Virus record (IMG/VR): IMGVR_UViG_3300027653_000769
Span: 1 to 64,000 of that record
Length of the DNA stretch: 64,000 nt
Source of the DNA: a virus
Lineage: Duplodnaviria > Caudoviricetes
Direction: 5' to 3' (one strand)
The notes beneath the pieces were generated by a model. That model saw nothing but the letters and a program-made list of their open reading frames with translations. It searched no databases and was not told the origin of the DNA. Both the position numbers and the translations under genes were made by a program. This document shows positions 9,403 through 19,857 of this stretch, in pieces. Each line of letters starts with the position of its first letter. The first letter of the stretch is position 1.

Positions 9403-10353
9403 ATGGCTACAAAAGCAAAAGCAGGGGACAAAGTTAATTTAAAGGAATGGGTTGATACAGATTCCTTAATGATTGTAGATGTTAGCGCACATATGCGAAC
9501 GAATGATGCAGGGGATTTAGAAGAGAAGACAGCAGCGGAGGATTTATTCTTTAACAAAAAGCAACCGAAATTTAAGCGTAAGGTACTTTCCACAGAAATA
9601 AACGGGGAGGAAATGGTTGTTACATCCTTATATAAATTGATGGAAATGTTCAAGGTTTATGGGACGCATCATACATGGGTATTTTGTTTTGACTTACCCG
9701 GTAAAAACCTGCTCAAATCAATAGATAAAAACTATAAAGCAAACAGAGTAAAAATGGGTAATTACTATTTTGATCAAGTAAATACAGCTAAAAAATTACT
9801 TGAAGAGGCAGGGTTTACTGTCCTTTCCAAACAGGGGTATGAAGCGGATCATTGCATTGCCGAGGCAGTAAAACAGAACTATGACTACTACGATAAGATA
9901 GGTGTTTTTACAAATGATCACGACTTAACCTTTTTAGTAGATGACAAGGTAAGTTGGTTAAATGTTAAAAAGACGTATGCAGATATTCATATGGATAATT
10001 ACTTTGTACAAAATAAATGCCCATATAACAGCATACTTCTTAAAAAGGCAACTGTTGGAGACCGAAGCGATGGCATTGCGGGTATTAAAGGATTTGGAGA
10101 AAAGACATATCTAAAATTCATGGATTTCGAAGGGTTGCACGGAACGAATGTAAGAGGGCAAGAGGAAAACATTATTAGAAACAGTACCTTCTTAAAAGAT
10201 GTACAAAAGGAACAAGCATTACATGCATGGAGTTTAGTAAAACCATATGATTTAGATATAGATGCAACAGCAAATGATGTAATCAATGAAGATATATTAA
10301 AAGCATTCTTCAATAAGTATAAATTCAAGAGTTTAATCAATATTTTTGAATAA
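9403..10353 (+). CDS. 5'-3' exonuclease / flap endonuclease (Pol I N-terminal-like)
   Basis: YKANR, GYEADHCIA, TNDHDL, VGDRSDGIAGIKGFGEKT (H3TH motif). Confidence 0.9.
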   Translation: MATKAKAGDKVNLKEWVDTDSLMIVDVSAHMRTNDAGDLEEKTAAEDLFFNKKQPKFKRKVLSTEINGEEMVVTSLYKLMEMFKVYGTHHTWVFCFDLPGKNLLKSIDKNYKANRVKMGNYYFDQVNTAKKLLEEAGFTVLSKQGYEADHCIAEAVKQNYDYYDKIGVFTNDHDLTFLVDDKVSWLNVKKTYADIHMDNYFVQNKCPYNSILLKKATVGDRSDGIAGIKGFGEKTYLKFMDFEGLHGTNVRGQEENIIRNSTFLKDVQKEQALHAWSLVKPYDLDIDATANDVINEDILKAFFNKYKFKSLINIFE

Positions 10354-10365
10354 AGGGGAATTGAC

Positions 10366-11112
10366 ATGCTAGGGGATACAGATAACACAAACAGACAAGA
10401 AACAGAAGATGAAACAGAGAAGAAAGAAAGCATTAAAGAGAAACGGGCAAGAGAACATGCACAAAGATTAAAAGGACTACAAAGTACGCTTAACAAGGAT
10501 GCGGAAGACGAATTTTCGATAGTAAATAAATATCCTGGAAAACCCGGAATGGATATTGAAAATGGACGATATCGAGTTGCAGGAACAGTTTCGGCAAGTT
10601 CTATTTTCACAAGAAAAGGCCCTAAAACAAATATTGCATTAAGTACAGGATATTGCATTGAGGAAATCGATACGGGTAAGAAATTACTTGTTACGAAGGA
10701 AGAAGGTGTCCAAATCGCATCACAGTATGGGTTGCGAAACGGATACATCGTATACAGACGAAGAGAGATGAAAGATAAACAGGGAAATGCGATTAAAGAA
10801 GATAAAAGTATCTATTTACAGCCTTTCCCGGCAAAGAAAGAAAGTTTTACGCAGGACGATCGGTTAATTAATGTGTTTCATATGGATGGGGATGGAAGAA
10901 TCAAACATCCTGTAGAGTTGGCAATTAAAAAGGAAGATTGTACACCGTCCTTTTGGATACATGTCACACAGTTATATGAGAAAAAACAGAGAAGTAATTT
11001 AAACAAGAAACGAGAGCGTGGGGTAGAAGAAAAGCAAAGGCAACGAATGATTGAACTGGAAGCAGAGATAGGAAGAAAAGTTATTAAGAATCCGTTTGAT
11101 GATGAAAACTAG
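10366..11112 (+). CDS. Hypothetical protein
   Basis: 248-aa ORF in operon. Confidence 0.75.
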   Translation: MLGDTDNTNRQETEDETEKKESIKEKRAREHAQRLKGLQSTLNKDAEDEFSIVNKYPGKPGMDIENGRYRVAGTVSASSIFTRKGPKTNIALSTGYCIEEIDTGKKLLVTKEEGVQIASQYGLRNGYIVYRRREMKDKQGNAIKEDKSIYLQPFPAKKESFTQDDRLINVFHMDGDGRIKHPVELAIKKEDCTPSFWIHVTQLYEKKQRSNLNKKRERGVEEKQRQRMIELEAEIGRKVIKNPFDDEN

Positions 11113-11129
11113 GGGAGGAAGTTATCAAT

Positions 11130-12236
11130 ATGGCTGCGGCAATGAATTATGAAGATTTAAAAAAGACACTAGACAAGTTGGAAAAAAGAGGGAAATTAGG
11201 TACGAGTGATTCTATGATGTATTTTGTTTCACCGTTTTTACAGGGGTTAGGTTATAACACATTTGATGTAGATGCTGTTGATGTAAGAAATGCTGATGGA
11301 GAGGTATATGCGAAGATCACAGATGACTTAAATCTAGTTGTTTCCCTATATGGACATTTTCCTTTGAATAATGAAAAAGATCGTATTTTCCTTTCCCTTC
11401 GATTAGAAGAAAGAAAAATAAAGCTATATTTCAAAGTACTGGGAGAATGGGAAGAAATCGTTTCTTTGGATATTAAAAAGGATGATGCAGAGAAATATAC
11501 GCACAAATTGGTAAGAAGAATCATGCGGGATCAGGTATTACAGTCCTATAAAAGTAAGGGAGAGAAGTTTTTAACAGAAAACGTATTTGACAGTATGATT
11601 GAAAAAGGGCAGTGGGATAATGATTTCATGTTACTTGGATTACTTGAAGAACTTAAAAATCCAACGAAGGAATTCACCAATTTAATGGCAAATCGAATGT
11701 ATAAGGATTATACAACAAGAGATAGAGAATGGATTGTCAAACACATTAAACCAATGGAGAACAAGGGCCTAGTTTCCGTTGTAGAAAAGATGATTAAACA
11801 AGGATATATTGCAAAAGATTCAGAGGATACGGTAGAGGATGATCAAGGTGGTTCACAGGAATACTCTTATAACGATCACCAAGAAAACAACAAATTCACA
11901 GGCCCAAAATTTAAACCGTATAGTGAGCCAGTAGAGGAAAAGCAAGTATTTGAAAAACCAGTAGAAAAAACACCCGTAGAACCGCCTAAACCAAAAGTAA
12001 AAGAAGAGTCTAAACCAGAAGAAGATATAGATAACCTAACATTTGGAGAATCTGGGGATGATTTAGATTTCGGAGAAAAATTAACCTTTGGTGAAGGTGA
12101 AGGCGATGAGTTCTTAGATTTCAAAGAAGATGATGATATAGATAGTAAGTACGGGAAGGAAACAATTGTGGAAGATGATCGTACAGAAGATAGTGGAGAT
12201 AGCGTTGATTTAACCAATCTTTTAAATACGGATTAA
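11130..12236 (+). CDS. Hypothetical protein; N-terminus weakly HsdR_N-like, acidic C-tail
   Basis: FVSPFLQGLGYNTFDVDAV; D/E-rich C-terminal region. Confidence 0.6.
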   Translation: MAAAMNYEDLKKTLDKLEKRGKLGTSDSMMYFVSPFLQGLGYNTFDVDAVDVRNADGEVYAKITDDLNLVVSLYGHFPLNNEKDRIFLSLRLEERKIKLYFKVLGEWEEIVSLDIKKDDAEKYTHKLVRRIMRDQVLQSYKSKGEKFLTENVFDSMIEKGQWDNDFMLLGLLEELKNPTKEFTNLMANRMYKDYTTRDREWIVKHIKPMENKGLVSVVEKMIKQGYIAKDSEDTVEDDQGGSQEYSYNDHQENNKFTGPKFKPYSEPVEEKQVFEKPVEKTPVEPPKPKVKEESKPEEDIDNLTFGESGDDLDFGEKLTFGEGEGDEFLDFKEDDDIDSKYGKETIVEDDRTEDSGDSVDLTNLLNTD

Positions 12237-12248
12237 TGGGAGGAACGT

Positions 12249-13529
12249 ATGACGAGTCAAGAATTGCAATGGACACAAAAATATAGACCTAAAAATTTAG
12301 GTGAATATATCGGAAATAAATTTATGAAAATGCAATTAAGTACACTCATTGAACGAAACAGAGTTCCACAGACGATCATGTTTTTTGGAGAAAAGGGGAC
12401 GGGCAAAACGACAATTGCCCGTCTCCTTGTTAAAAATTTAATGTGCGAAAATCCAAAAGATGGAGAGGCGTGTGGGCAGTGTACAAGTTGTTCTAGGTTA
12501 GATGATCAATATATTACATCAGGAAAAGCACCACAAAGTATGTTAATTAAGGAATTGAACATAGCCGACCTGCGGGGAGTAGATCATGCAGATGACATTG
12601 TAGCGGATATGAAGAAGAAAGTGGCATTTAACAGGAAACGAATTTTTATATTAGATGAAATGCAACAGGCCAGTAAAGAAGCACAAAGTGCTTTCCTAAA
12701 AATTATGGAAGAACCCGTACCTAATCTATATGTAATTATGTGTACTACACACCCCGATAAAATTACAGAAGCCTTGGCTTCTCGATTTAAAAGATTTCAA
12801 ATTAAGAGACCAGATGTTAAAGAGATTGCACAAAGGTTGGAGAGAATTTCCCATATAGAGGGAGTTAATTATGATAAGGGAGCACTTAGGATTATTGCAG
12901 GGTTTCACAAAAACAACCCAAGAGAAAGTATCAATCAATTAGAGATACTTGCCCACACAACAGACTTCTCTTTAACAGTAACCCAAGTAGAGCAACAGCT
13001 TGAAATTGTATCAAAAGATGTTTTTAGGAAGTTTTTAACTACATGTGCTACGGGGAACTTAAATAATGTAGTAGGTATAGTGGATAATTTAGAGCAAGAA
13101 GGAATAGATACCATATCTTTTATTGAAGGTTTAGGGGACTTTATAGTAGACCTTTTGAAAATAAGATCTGGGATCAATTTGGATATGTATACATTAGAAA
13201 AGGTACGAACTTTACGGAAATATGTAAAGGAATTTACGGAGTCGGATATGGTTTCCATGCTGAAAGTGCTAAAAGATTATAGTAGTGTTTCACGAAGTAT
13301 GGATTTTCAATTATATGCTTTAGCTGCTGAAATAATGAGTTGTTTGAAGGTGGAGGAAACGGTAAATGAAATAGACAAAAGTAAGGCGGGAACAATCTAC
13401 CGAAATCAAACGAAAAAGATAAATAAGCAGAATGAAGTACAAAAGGAAATAAAAGTAGCTGATAAAGCGTATATAGAAAAACAAATACCTTCCGCTACAA
13501 AAGTGGTTGGAATACCTGATATTGAGTAA
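12249..13529 (+). CDS. dnaX: DNA polymerase III gamma/tau clamp-loader ATPase (gamma-length)
   Basis: QKYRPKNL, Walker A GEKGTGKTT, Zn module C..CGQCTSC, Walker B ILDEMQ, AFLKIMEEP, ASRF. Confidence 0.92.
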   Translation: MTSQELQWTQKYRPKNLGEYIGNKFMKMQLSTLIERNRVPQTIMFFGEKGTGKTTIARLLVKNLMCENPKDGEACGQCTSCSRLDDQYITSGKAPQSMLIKELNIADLRGVDHADDIVADMKKKVAFNRKRIFILDEMQQASKEAQSAFLKIMEEPVPNLYVIMCTTHPDKITEALASRFKRFQIKRPDVKEIAQRLERISHIEGVNYDKGALRIIAGFHKNNPRESINQLEILAHTTDFSLTVTQVEQQLEIVSKDVFRKFLTTCATGNLNNVVGIVDNLEQEGIDTISFIEGLGDFIVDLLKIRSGINLDMYTLEKVRTLRKYVKEFTESDMVSMLKVLKDYSSVSRSMDFQLYALAAEIMSCLKVEETVNEIDKSKAGTIYRNQTKKINKQNEVQKEIKVADKAYIEKQIPSATKVVGIPDIE

Positions 13530-13549
13530 CGGTAGGAAAGGGGAATGAG

Positions 13550-14140
13550 ATGGCTAAGGAAGGATACCCGGAATTAATTGATTATGTAGCTACAAGAACA
13601 GGGATAAGTAAACACAGAACATGGAGAGTATTGAAGGAATACAGTAAGGTTTTAAAGGAATCTGTTAAAAAGGGGAACTCTATTGAAATAGATAAGTTAA
13701 TTACCATCACATTTACTACCAAAGAAGGATATATATTTGAAAATAAAGTGATCGATTTAGAAGATCAGGTGGAAATAGTTAGCGATAACTTAGAAATGTC
13801 GGAAATAGATGTACGAAACCTTATTTTAACGTATATACGGAGAATACATGACCGGGTGCAGGAAGGGTATCAGGTCAACATTAAAGGGGTTAGTTATGTA
13901 ATTCCTTCGAAGGATAGAGATGGAGAAATCATATGTACCCCAAGAGTTTCCCCCGTAATGGAAAAGCCCGATGTAGCAGACTTTGTTCTTTCTACAAATC
14001 AAGGAAACATCATTTTAAAAGAATTACTTGGAGAAGAATTAAGATTTAAAATTGAGGTGTCAGAAGATCTTGAAATTCCCTACAAGATAGCAACAAAGGA
14101 TCAGAAAAGGAAATTTGAATTAAAGGAAATAAACATTTAA
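13550..14140 (+). CDS. Protein with two tandem HU/IHF-like units
   Basis: ELIDYVATRTGISK...LKESVKKGNSIEIDKL and DQVEIVSDNLEMSE...IHDRVQEGYQVNIKGV. Confidence 0.6.
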   Translation: MAKEGYPELIDYVATRTGISKHRTWRVLKEYSKVLKESVKKGNSIEIDKLITITFTTKEGYIFENKVIDLEDQVEIVSDNLEMSEIDVRNLILTYIRRIHDRVQEGYQVNIKGVSYVIPSKDRDGEIICTPRVSPVMEKPDVADFVLSTNQGNIILKELLGEELRFKIEVSEDLEIPYKIATKDQKRKFELKEINI

Positions 14141-14154
14141 GGGAGATGTAGTTC

Positions 14155-14247
14155 ATGGGAAAGATAGGCGGAGCGGCAAAATGGGTTGTAGCAGGGGTCA
14201 TGGGTCTTATGCTAGTATTAGTTCTTGTAGAATACTTTATGGGGTAA
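14155..14247 (+). CDS. 30-aa single-TM peptide (MGKIGGAAKWVVAGVMGLMLVLVLVEYFMG)
   Basis: RBS AAGGGAG; fills the gap between co-oriented genes; absent from the ORF track. Confidence 0.6.
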   Translation: MGKIGGAAKWVVAGVMGLMLVLVLVEYFMG

Positions 14248-14268
14248 GCCCAGGAAGAGAGGGAACTA

Positions 14269-15354
14269 ATGAATAAAAAGCAATGGATTATTCTTTTAAG
14301 TGGGTTGGTGGTACTTGCTTTAGCTGTCTGGGGAATTACTCATTTCACAAAAACCAAGGATACAGCCAACGAAGCACAAAACGAAGCAGAAAAAGAAGTA
14401 AGCAAGACAAGAGATGAAAAAGCGGAAGAAATCTCTGAAAAAGTAGGAATAAAAGAGAAGTTAGTTAGTATGGAAGAAATCGAAAAAGCAATTAAAGGTT
14501 GGGAAGTCAATGAAGGGACAATGACACCTACTAAGGAGTACGAATATATAAAAGAAGAATTCGGAAAAGAAAATGCGGAAGCCTTCAAGCATAATCAATT
14601 ATACAAAGAAGATGATTCTGAATTTGTAAAAGATCAAATTGTTCTTATGTATCAAAATAGATCAGAAGATACTAAAACAGTACCCCTACTACCTTTGTTA
14701 GAGATAGAAAGATCAATAGCAGGAGAATACGGGGGAGACTCCAATAAGGTAGACTCATATACGATAGTAGATGAAGTAGGGGAAGAAAATGAAGTTTATG
14801 AGGATAACTATTATTTAGATACATTAGGGTTTGAAAAAGCGGGAAATTATTTAATTGGATATCCTAAAATTGATACTACGTACAAACATGACAACTACTA
14901 TTGGGATGAATTGTTTGATACAGATAAGGATGAATACACCAGTAAAAGTACTTTGACATTTTATGTGTTATTGGAAGAAGACATGAAATTAGAGGATGCA
15001 ATTGAGGAATTATCTAATTTAGATGTACAGGTTCAAGGTAACAAAGCCGATTATTTTGGAAAAGTCTTAGAAAAGGACTTCCCGGAATTAAAATATAATC
15101 ATCTAAAGTCTTTAATAGATTTAAATGTTGAAGATGGAATGGAATACCTACCAAAAAATGGTGTAGTTACCGTTATGTATGAATACGATGGGGAAAACAT
15201 ATTTCCAAAAGGAACTGAAAATGAAATAGAGTCTTATGAAGATATTGAGTCTATTCTTAATAATCCTGAATTTCAACCAAGAATAACTATAAACGGTAAG
15301 GAATTTCAGTTGCAAAGAGGATCAGAAGTAGGAATAATTCAATTTCAAAAGTAG
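14269..15354 (+). CDS. Membrane-anchored acidic extracellular protein
   Basis: N-terminal TM, acidic soluble domain. Confidence 0.75.
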   Translation: MNKKQWIILLSGLVVLALAVWGITHFTKTKDTANEAQNEAEKEVSKTRDEKAEEISEKVGIKEKLVSMEEIEKAIKGWEVNEGTMTPTKEYEYIKEEFGKENAEAFKHNQLYKEDDSEFVKDQIVLMYQNRSEDTKTVPLLPLLEIERSIAGEYGGDSNKVDSYTIVDEVGEENEVYEDNYYLDTLGFEKAGNYLIGYPKIDTTYKHDNYYWDELFDTDKDEYTSKSTLTFYVLLEEDMKLEDAIEELSNLDVQVQGNKADYFGKVLEKDFPELKYNHLKSLIDLNVEDGMEYLPKNGVVTVMYEYDGENIFPKGTENEIESYEDIESILNNPEFQPRITINGKEFQLQRGSEVGIIQFQK

Positions 15355-15440
15355 AAAATAAAAATAGAGAAGAAATAAAACAGAGAATATAAACAGAGAG
15401 ATTTATAAAAACAAAATAAAACAGAGAATAGGGGAACGAC

Positions 15441-16355
15441 ATGTTATACCCAACGCATAAACGATTTGGAATCCTATGGGGTTTGTTAGCCTTCCCCATA
15501 GGTATTTTTATTGGTACAGTTCCTGTTATGTCATTAGACATGACAGCAAATGACATATTTATGATTATAATATGTTGTTACATCGGAATGAGGGGAGCAT
15601 TATTTGGCGCAGAATTTCCTGACATAGATTCCCACACATCTATACCAAGGAAAAAGCACCCTATTTTAGGTAAGGTATTCGATGCAGCAGGAGTAAAGCA
15701 TAGGGGAAAATATAGCCATGATTTTTTCTCCATAGGGGCAACGTTCGTTATTATTTATTTTTTAGCTGCAGTTATAGGAGATCAATTCATACAGTCAGTT
15801 GCAACGGGAAATAGTTTGGCAGGCTACCTTGCATATATGGGGTTACTTGTATTTGTATGGATAACCGCCATAAGTATGGTTGATTTTATATTATGGATAG
15901 CCAACATGATTAAAAATAAGAAAATGTGGGCAATTGTAAATGCCAATAGGATCAAAATAGGTGGAGTTATTGGAGTATTCCTTATGATGATACTATTCGT
16001 AAGTGGTGTACTAAGTTTAAAAGCAATGTTAGGTGGGGTTGAGTTAAGACAGTCTTTACCTGCTTCAATTATGCTTGTTGCATCCTTAAAAATATATATT
16101 GGATTTAGTTTAGCAGGAGCTTATAGTCACCTATTTGCTGACATGATCACAAAACAGGGAGTAAGTATATTTTTTATTCGCATTTCTCCGATGGGAGTAG
16201 TTTCAAAAGTTAGGAAGATACCAATCGTTGGTAAATTCCTAGTACCATTAGATCCAAAAACAGGAGGGAAATTTGAAGATTTAGTAAGATTTATTGTAAC
16301 GATTGCTTGTGTACCCGCGACATTTATTGCTGTTATGGCAATTAGTGGCGTTTAG
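15441..16355 (+). CDS. YdjM-like membrane metal-dependent hydrolase
   Basis: THKRFG, GAEFPDIDS, HRGKYSH, SHLFADMIT..GV motifs, multiple TM. Confidence 0.85.
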   Translation: MLYPTHKRFGILWGLLAFPIGIFIGTVPVMSLDMTANDIFMIIICCYIGMRGALFGAEFPDIDSHTSIPRKKHPILGKVFDAAGVKHRGKYSHDFFSIGATFVIIYFLAAVIGDQFIQSVATGNSLAGYLAYMGLLVFVWITAISMVDFILWIANMIKNKKMWAIVNANRIKIGGVIGVFLMMILFVSGVLSLKAMLGGVELRQSLPASIMLVASLKIYIGFSLAGAYSHLFADMITKQGVSIFFIRISPMGVVSKVRKIPIVGKFLVPLDPKTGGKFEDLVRFIVTIACVPATFIAVMAISGV

Positions 16356-16369
16356 ATAGGAGAGATAAC

Positions 16370-16732
16370 ATGGCAATTATGGAAAACATCAAAAAAATAG
16401 GGGAATATTGGAATAAGAAAAACTTTGAAAATAAGATGTCCAGGCAAGTTGTTAAGCAAACAATTGTAGAAACTAACTTTTATGAGAAATACAGTAGCTT
16501 TGTTTCAGGATTAAAAACAAAGTTAGATGCCTTTTTAGTTGTTGAAGGAAATTCAGAAGTTGTTTTTAGACCGATCACACCAGAGCATTCTAAATACTTT
16601 GAAAGGGTTATGCAAGATACACAATTTACTGCTTTATACAATATAAAGCGAACATTAGGAGGGGAGTATTCTTTTAAACAAAAAACATTTACCGATAAGG
16701 CAAGAGAAATGGGTTTCGATGATTTCACTTAA
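16370..16732 (+). CDS. Hypothetical protein
   Basis: RBS AGGAGAG, 120 aa. Confidence 0.75.
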   Translation: MAIMENIKKIGEYWNKKNFENKMSRQVVKQTIVETNFYEKYSSFVSGLKTKLDAFLVVEGNSEVVFRPITPEHSKYFERVMQDTQFTALYNIKRTLGGEYSFKQKTFTDKAREMGFDDFT

Positions 16733-16882
16733 TCGGTAAGAAAGTAATATAAACCAAGAAACGAGAGAGGGATAAAAATCCTTCTCTTTTTTATTTATAT
16801 AAAGACTCCATGGGATAGTAAGATTCCTTCGATAGAAAAGAATGAGTAGATAGAGAGGGTTCAAACTTAAATAAATAGAGGG

Positions 16883-17416
16883 ATGAATATGAATAAGGTT
16901 ATCTGGTGGTCTATTGGACTGTTTATAGGAATTATAGTGGCTTTCATAATTGTTTTCCCCCTTTTAACAGGAAAGGGAGGGGGAATAAATCAAAGTAACA
17001 ATGCTGGAACAGAAGAAGAAATGACATATGAGGAAGAGTGGGATGATTACTTTGATGATCAGATATTAACAGAAAAGGAAAAGAAAACATTTTTAAGAGA
17101 ATACACCGAGGAATTTGTTGATCCGATTGAACAGGACAAAATGTTGTATGTATTTTACGACCGTACTGTACACAAATCGGAAGAGTTAATTCAGATAGTA
17201 TCTGATTATTTAACAGAAAATAACTATCCATATACGATCTATTTTATGAATAACGAGTCTAGTTCTGCAGCGGCAATTAATGTGATAAATGAATTAGAAT
17301 TACCAACAACAATTAATAACAAGAATCCAATCAGTATAGTACAACTAAACAACGGATATATGGTACGAACAATGACAGTTAAAGATCTTAACGATGATTT
17401 AGTGGAGGGAGAATAG
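16883..17416 (+). CDS. Membrane-anchored protein, possible thioredoxin-like fold without CxxC
   Basis: N-terminal TM; LYVFYDRTVHKS...IYFMN...PISIVQLNNG. Confidence 0.55.
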   Translation: MNMNKVIWWSIGLFIGIIVAFIIVFPLLTGKGGGINQSNNAGTEEEMTYEEEWDDYFDDQILTEKEKKTFLREYTEEFVDPIEQDKMLYVFYDRTVHKSEELIQIVSDYLTENNYPYTIYFMNNESSSAAAINVINELELPTTINNKNPISIVQLNNGYMVRTMTVKDLNDDLVEGE

Positions 17417-17417
17417 T

Positions 17418-18464
17418 ATGAAACAGAACAAATTACTGTATTTACTTTCTACCTTTTTAATCTTAGTGTCTACCTATTTTATAAATCCTATAACAGTATT
17501 TGCAGATAAAGATCCTGCTGTGGGAACGGCCGCCCCATATATAGAGGACGCTATTAAAAAAGGAAAAACCTTAATAGGAAATAGCACCTATGTACTTGGT
17601 GCTGGAAGAAACGATAGTGAATACAATGCGAGCAAACCTATCTTAGATTGTTCTTCCTTTATGCACTGGATGTGGAATAAGGGAGCAAACATTAACATTG
17701 TGGATGACAAAACAGAACATGCGGGACGGACAGCAACGTCATCCATGTACACAGATTTGGATGTGAAAGAAGGACAAAAGATTTCAGATTTAAAAAGAGG
17801 AGATATGATGTTTTTCGATACCTCTTCATCGTCAAGACATGTTGGCGTTTACCTGGGAGACAATATGTTTCTTCATAACGGAGCAAGTACTGCTGTAACG
17901 ATTGCAGATATAACAAGTAGCTACTGGAAACCAAAGTTTAACGGCAAGGTAGTTACTGTAAAAGAGGGTGGAAAAGGTATTTTCCCACATGACGGAGCAG
18001 ATCTATCCGGGGAAGGATCTGATAAGAAAGAAATAAAGGAAGAAGGAAGAGGAACATATGTAAGTCCTTTTATCCAAAGAGATACGGTAATTAATAACAC
18101 GGGAGTAAATATTGGGGAGGCACCTCTTGGCGGAGATGTAGGTAATATGTTTACAAAACAGGGAGAAAATTTCTACTCTGTATTTATTAAAATAGCGACC
18201 TGGTTAAGTGCAGTTTTCTTTGTTTACACATCTATAGGGGTTATATGGTATTTCACCATGCTGACTAGAGGAGAGCCGGGAACGTCCTCGGAAACATTTG
18301 AAAAGGTAACAGGTCTATCTAGCGATACACAATTAAAAACAAAATTGAATGTCTTGGGTAGATGGGTAGTTAGTACAAGTATCGTAATTATATTTTTAAC
18401 GGGATTATACGTACCAATGATGAGTTTTATCTATAAGTCTATTCATAATATTGGTCTAGTGTGA
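17418..18464 (+). CDS. NlpC/P60 peptidoglycan hydrolase with C-terminal 2-TM module
   Basis: Signal peptide; YVLGAG, LDCSSF, LKRGDMMFF, HVGVYLG, FLHN. Confidence 0.9.
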   Translation: MKQNKLLYLLSTFLILVSTYFINPITVFADKDPAVGTAAPYIEDAIKKGKTLIGNSTYVLGAGRNDSEYNASKPILDCSSFMHWMWNKGANINIVDDKTEHAGRTATSSMYTDLDVKEGQKISDLKRGDMMFFDTSSSSRHVGVYLGDNMFLHNGASTAVTIADITSSYWKPKFNGKVVTVKEGGKGIFPHDGADLSGEGSDKKEIKEEGRGTYVSPFIQRDTVINNTGVNIGEAPLGGDVGNMFTKQGENFYSVFIKIATWLSAVFFVYTSIGVIWYFTMLTRGEPGTSSETFEKVTGLSSDTQLKTKLNVLGRWVVSTSIVIIFLTGLYVPMMSFIYKSIHNIGLV

Positions 18465-18669
18465 ACTACTTACCTCTAAGACGGAAATTTAATAGGCTAT
18501 AAATCGTGAAAAGTTAGAGGGGAAACAAGGAAGAAGAGAAGGTTAAAGAAAATCAAGGATAATTGTATTTTTGGAAATATAACATCTTTCCTTCCTTCTA
18601 TCCTTGTATGGACAATCTATAAATCTTTAAAAGAGAGGAAAGAGGGTTGAATACTAGGGAGGAAGAACA

Positions 18670-19746
18670 GTGAGGAACAAAATAAAGAAATTAATTTTAT
18701 ATAGTAGTATTTTAATAGCAGTAAGTTTTTTAGTTTTTCCAACAGCGGTATTTGGAGCGTTAAAAAACAACCAAGTACCGAGTGAGTACATTCCTCTTTA
18801 TCAGGCAGTAGCGGATGAATATGATTTGGAATGGGAACTTATAGCTGCAGTTCATAATGAGGAAACTACATTCAGTCAAGGACTGGCTACATCATCAGCA
18901 GGTGCAATCGGTCACACGCAGTTTATGAAGTGTACATGGATTGGGTGGAGTTATCCAGGGTGTTCTTATGCGTCAGAAGATGAGTTTACCGATTTGAAAC
19001 TAATTAAAAAGCATGGAGGGTATGGTTTAGATGCTAACGGAGATGGTAAGGCAGATCCATGGGATATAGAAGACTCCATGTATACAGCAGGTAATTATCT
19101 TTCCACATCTATGGGGGATAAAAGAGGGGAAAGTGCAATGAGAAAGGCCCTGAAAATCTATAACCATTCCGATAAATATGTAAATGATGTAATGGCACAT
19201 TACGATAGGTACAAAAAAGGTTACGAAGCAGTAGATGGGCTTGGAGGAGTTGAATACAACGGTAATGGAGGAAGTGGTGTTAGTAGCAGTAGTGGGGATA
19301 ACTCTAGTGAGTCAACAGGATCTTCCAATAATAGAGCGAAAGGACTTGGGTTATTCAGTAATCCTAATATTTCAGATAAACCAAATACAGGAGTAGGTAT
19401 AGGAGAAGCCTCAATCGGATGGGAAGTTGGAAATTGGATTACCAAAATTACGGAGGGAACTTACAAGTGGTTGCTAGTTATAGGATGGATAGTAGGAGCA
19501 TTGTTTATCCTATATATGGCAGTGTGTATTCTTTTATACGTCCTTACATTGCGAGGGAATTCGGATGGTGATATCTTCCGAAAAATAACAAGAATCGATA
19601 ATCCATACGGAAAAGAAACGCTTTGGGTTTTAGTAAAACGAATAACAATTGGAGTACTGATTTTTTCCTTCTTTGCTTCAGGGGCATTCATTCCTACAAT
19701 GTCATTCCTATTTACTTTCTTAGCAAGACTACCTCTTTTTAGTTAG
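18670..19746 (+). CDS. Lytic transglycosylase (VirB1-like) with C-terminal 2-TM module
   Basis: Signal peptide; WELIAAVHNEET, SSAGAIGHTQFM, DANGDGKADPWDIED, YNHSDKYV. Confidence 0.9.
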   Translation: MRNKIKKLILYSSILIAVSFLVFPTAVFGALKNNQVPSEYIPLYQAVADEYDLEWELIAAVHNEETTFSQGLATSSAGAIGHTQFMKCTWIGWSYPGCSYASEDEFTDLKLIKKHGGYGLDANGDGKADPWDIEDSMYTAGNYLSTSMGDKRGESAMRKALKIYNHSDKYVNDVMAHYDRYKKGYEAVDGLGGVEYNGNGGSGVSSSSGDNSSESTGSSNNRAKGLGLFSNPNISDKPNTGVGIGEASIGWEVGNWITKITEGTYKWLLVIGWIVGALFILYMAVCILLYVLTLRGNSDGDIFRKITRIDNPYGKETLWVLVKRITIGVLIFSFFASGAFIPTMSFLFTFLARLPLFS

Positions 19747-19857
19747 GAATAATTAAATATTAAGGGAAAGGAAATCTTAATAGATAGTAATCAATAGGTA
19801 TGAAACCTCTATGAAACTGATAGATGTTTTATAACGACGGGAGAGGAGGAACACAAT

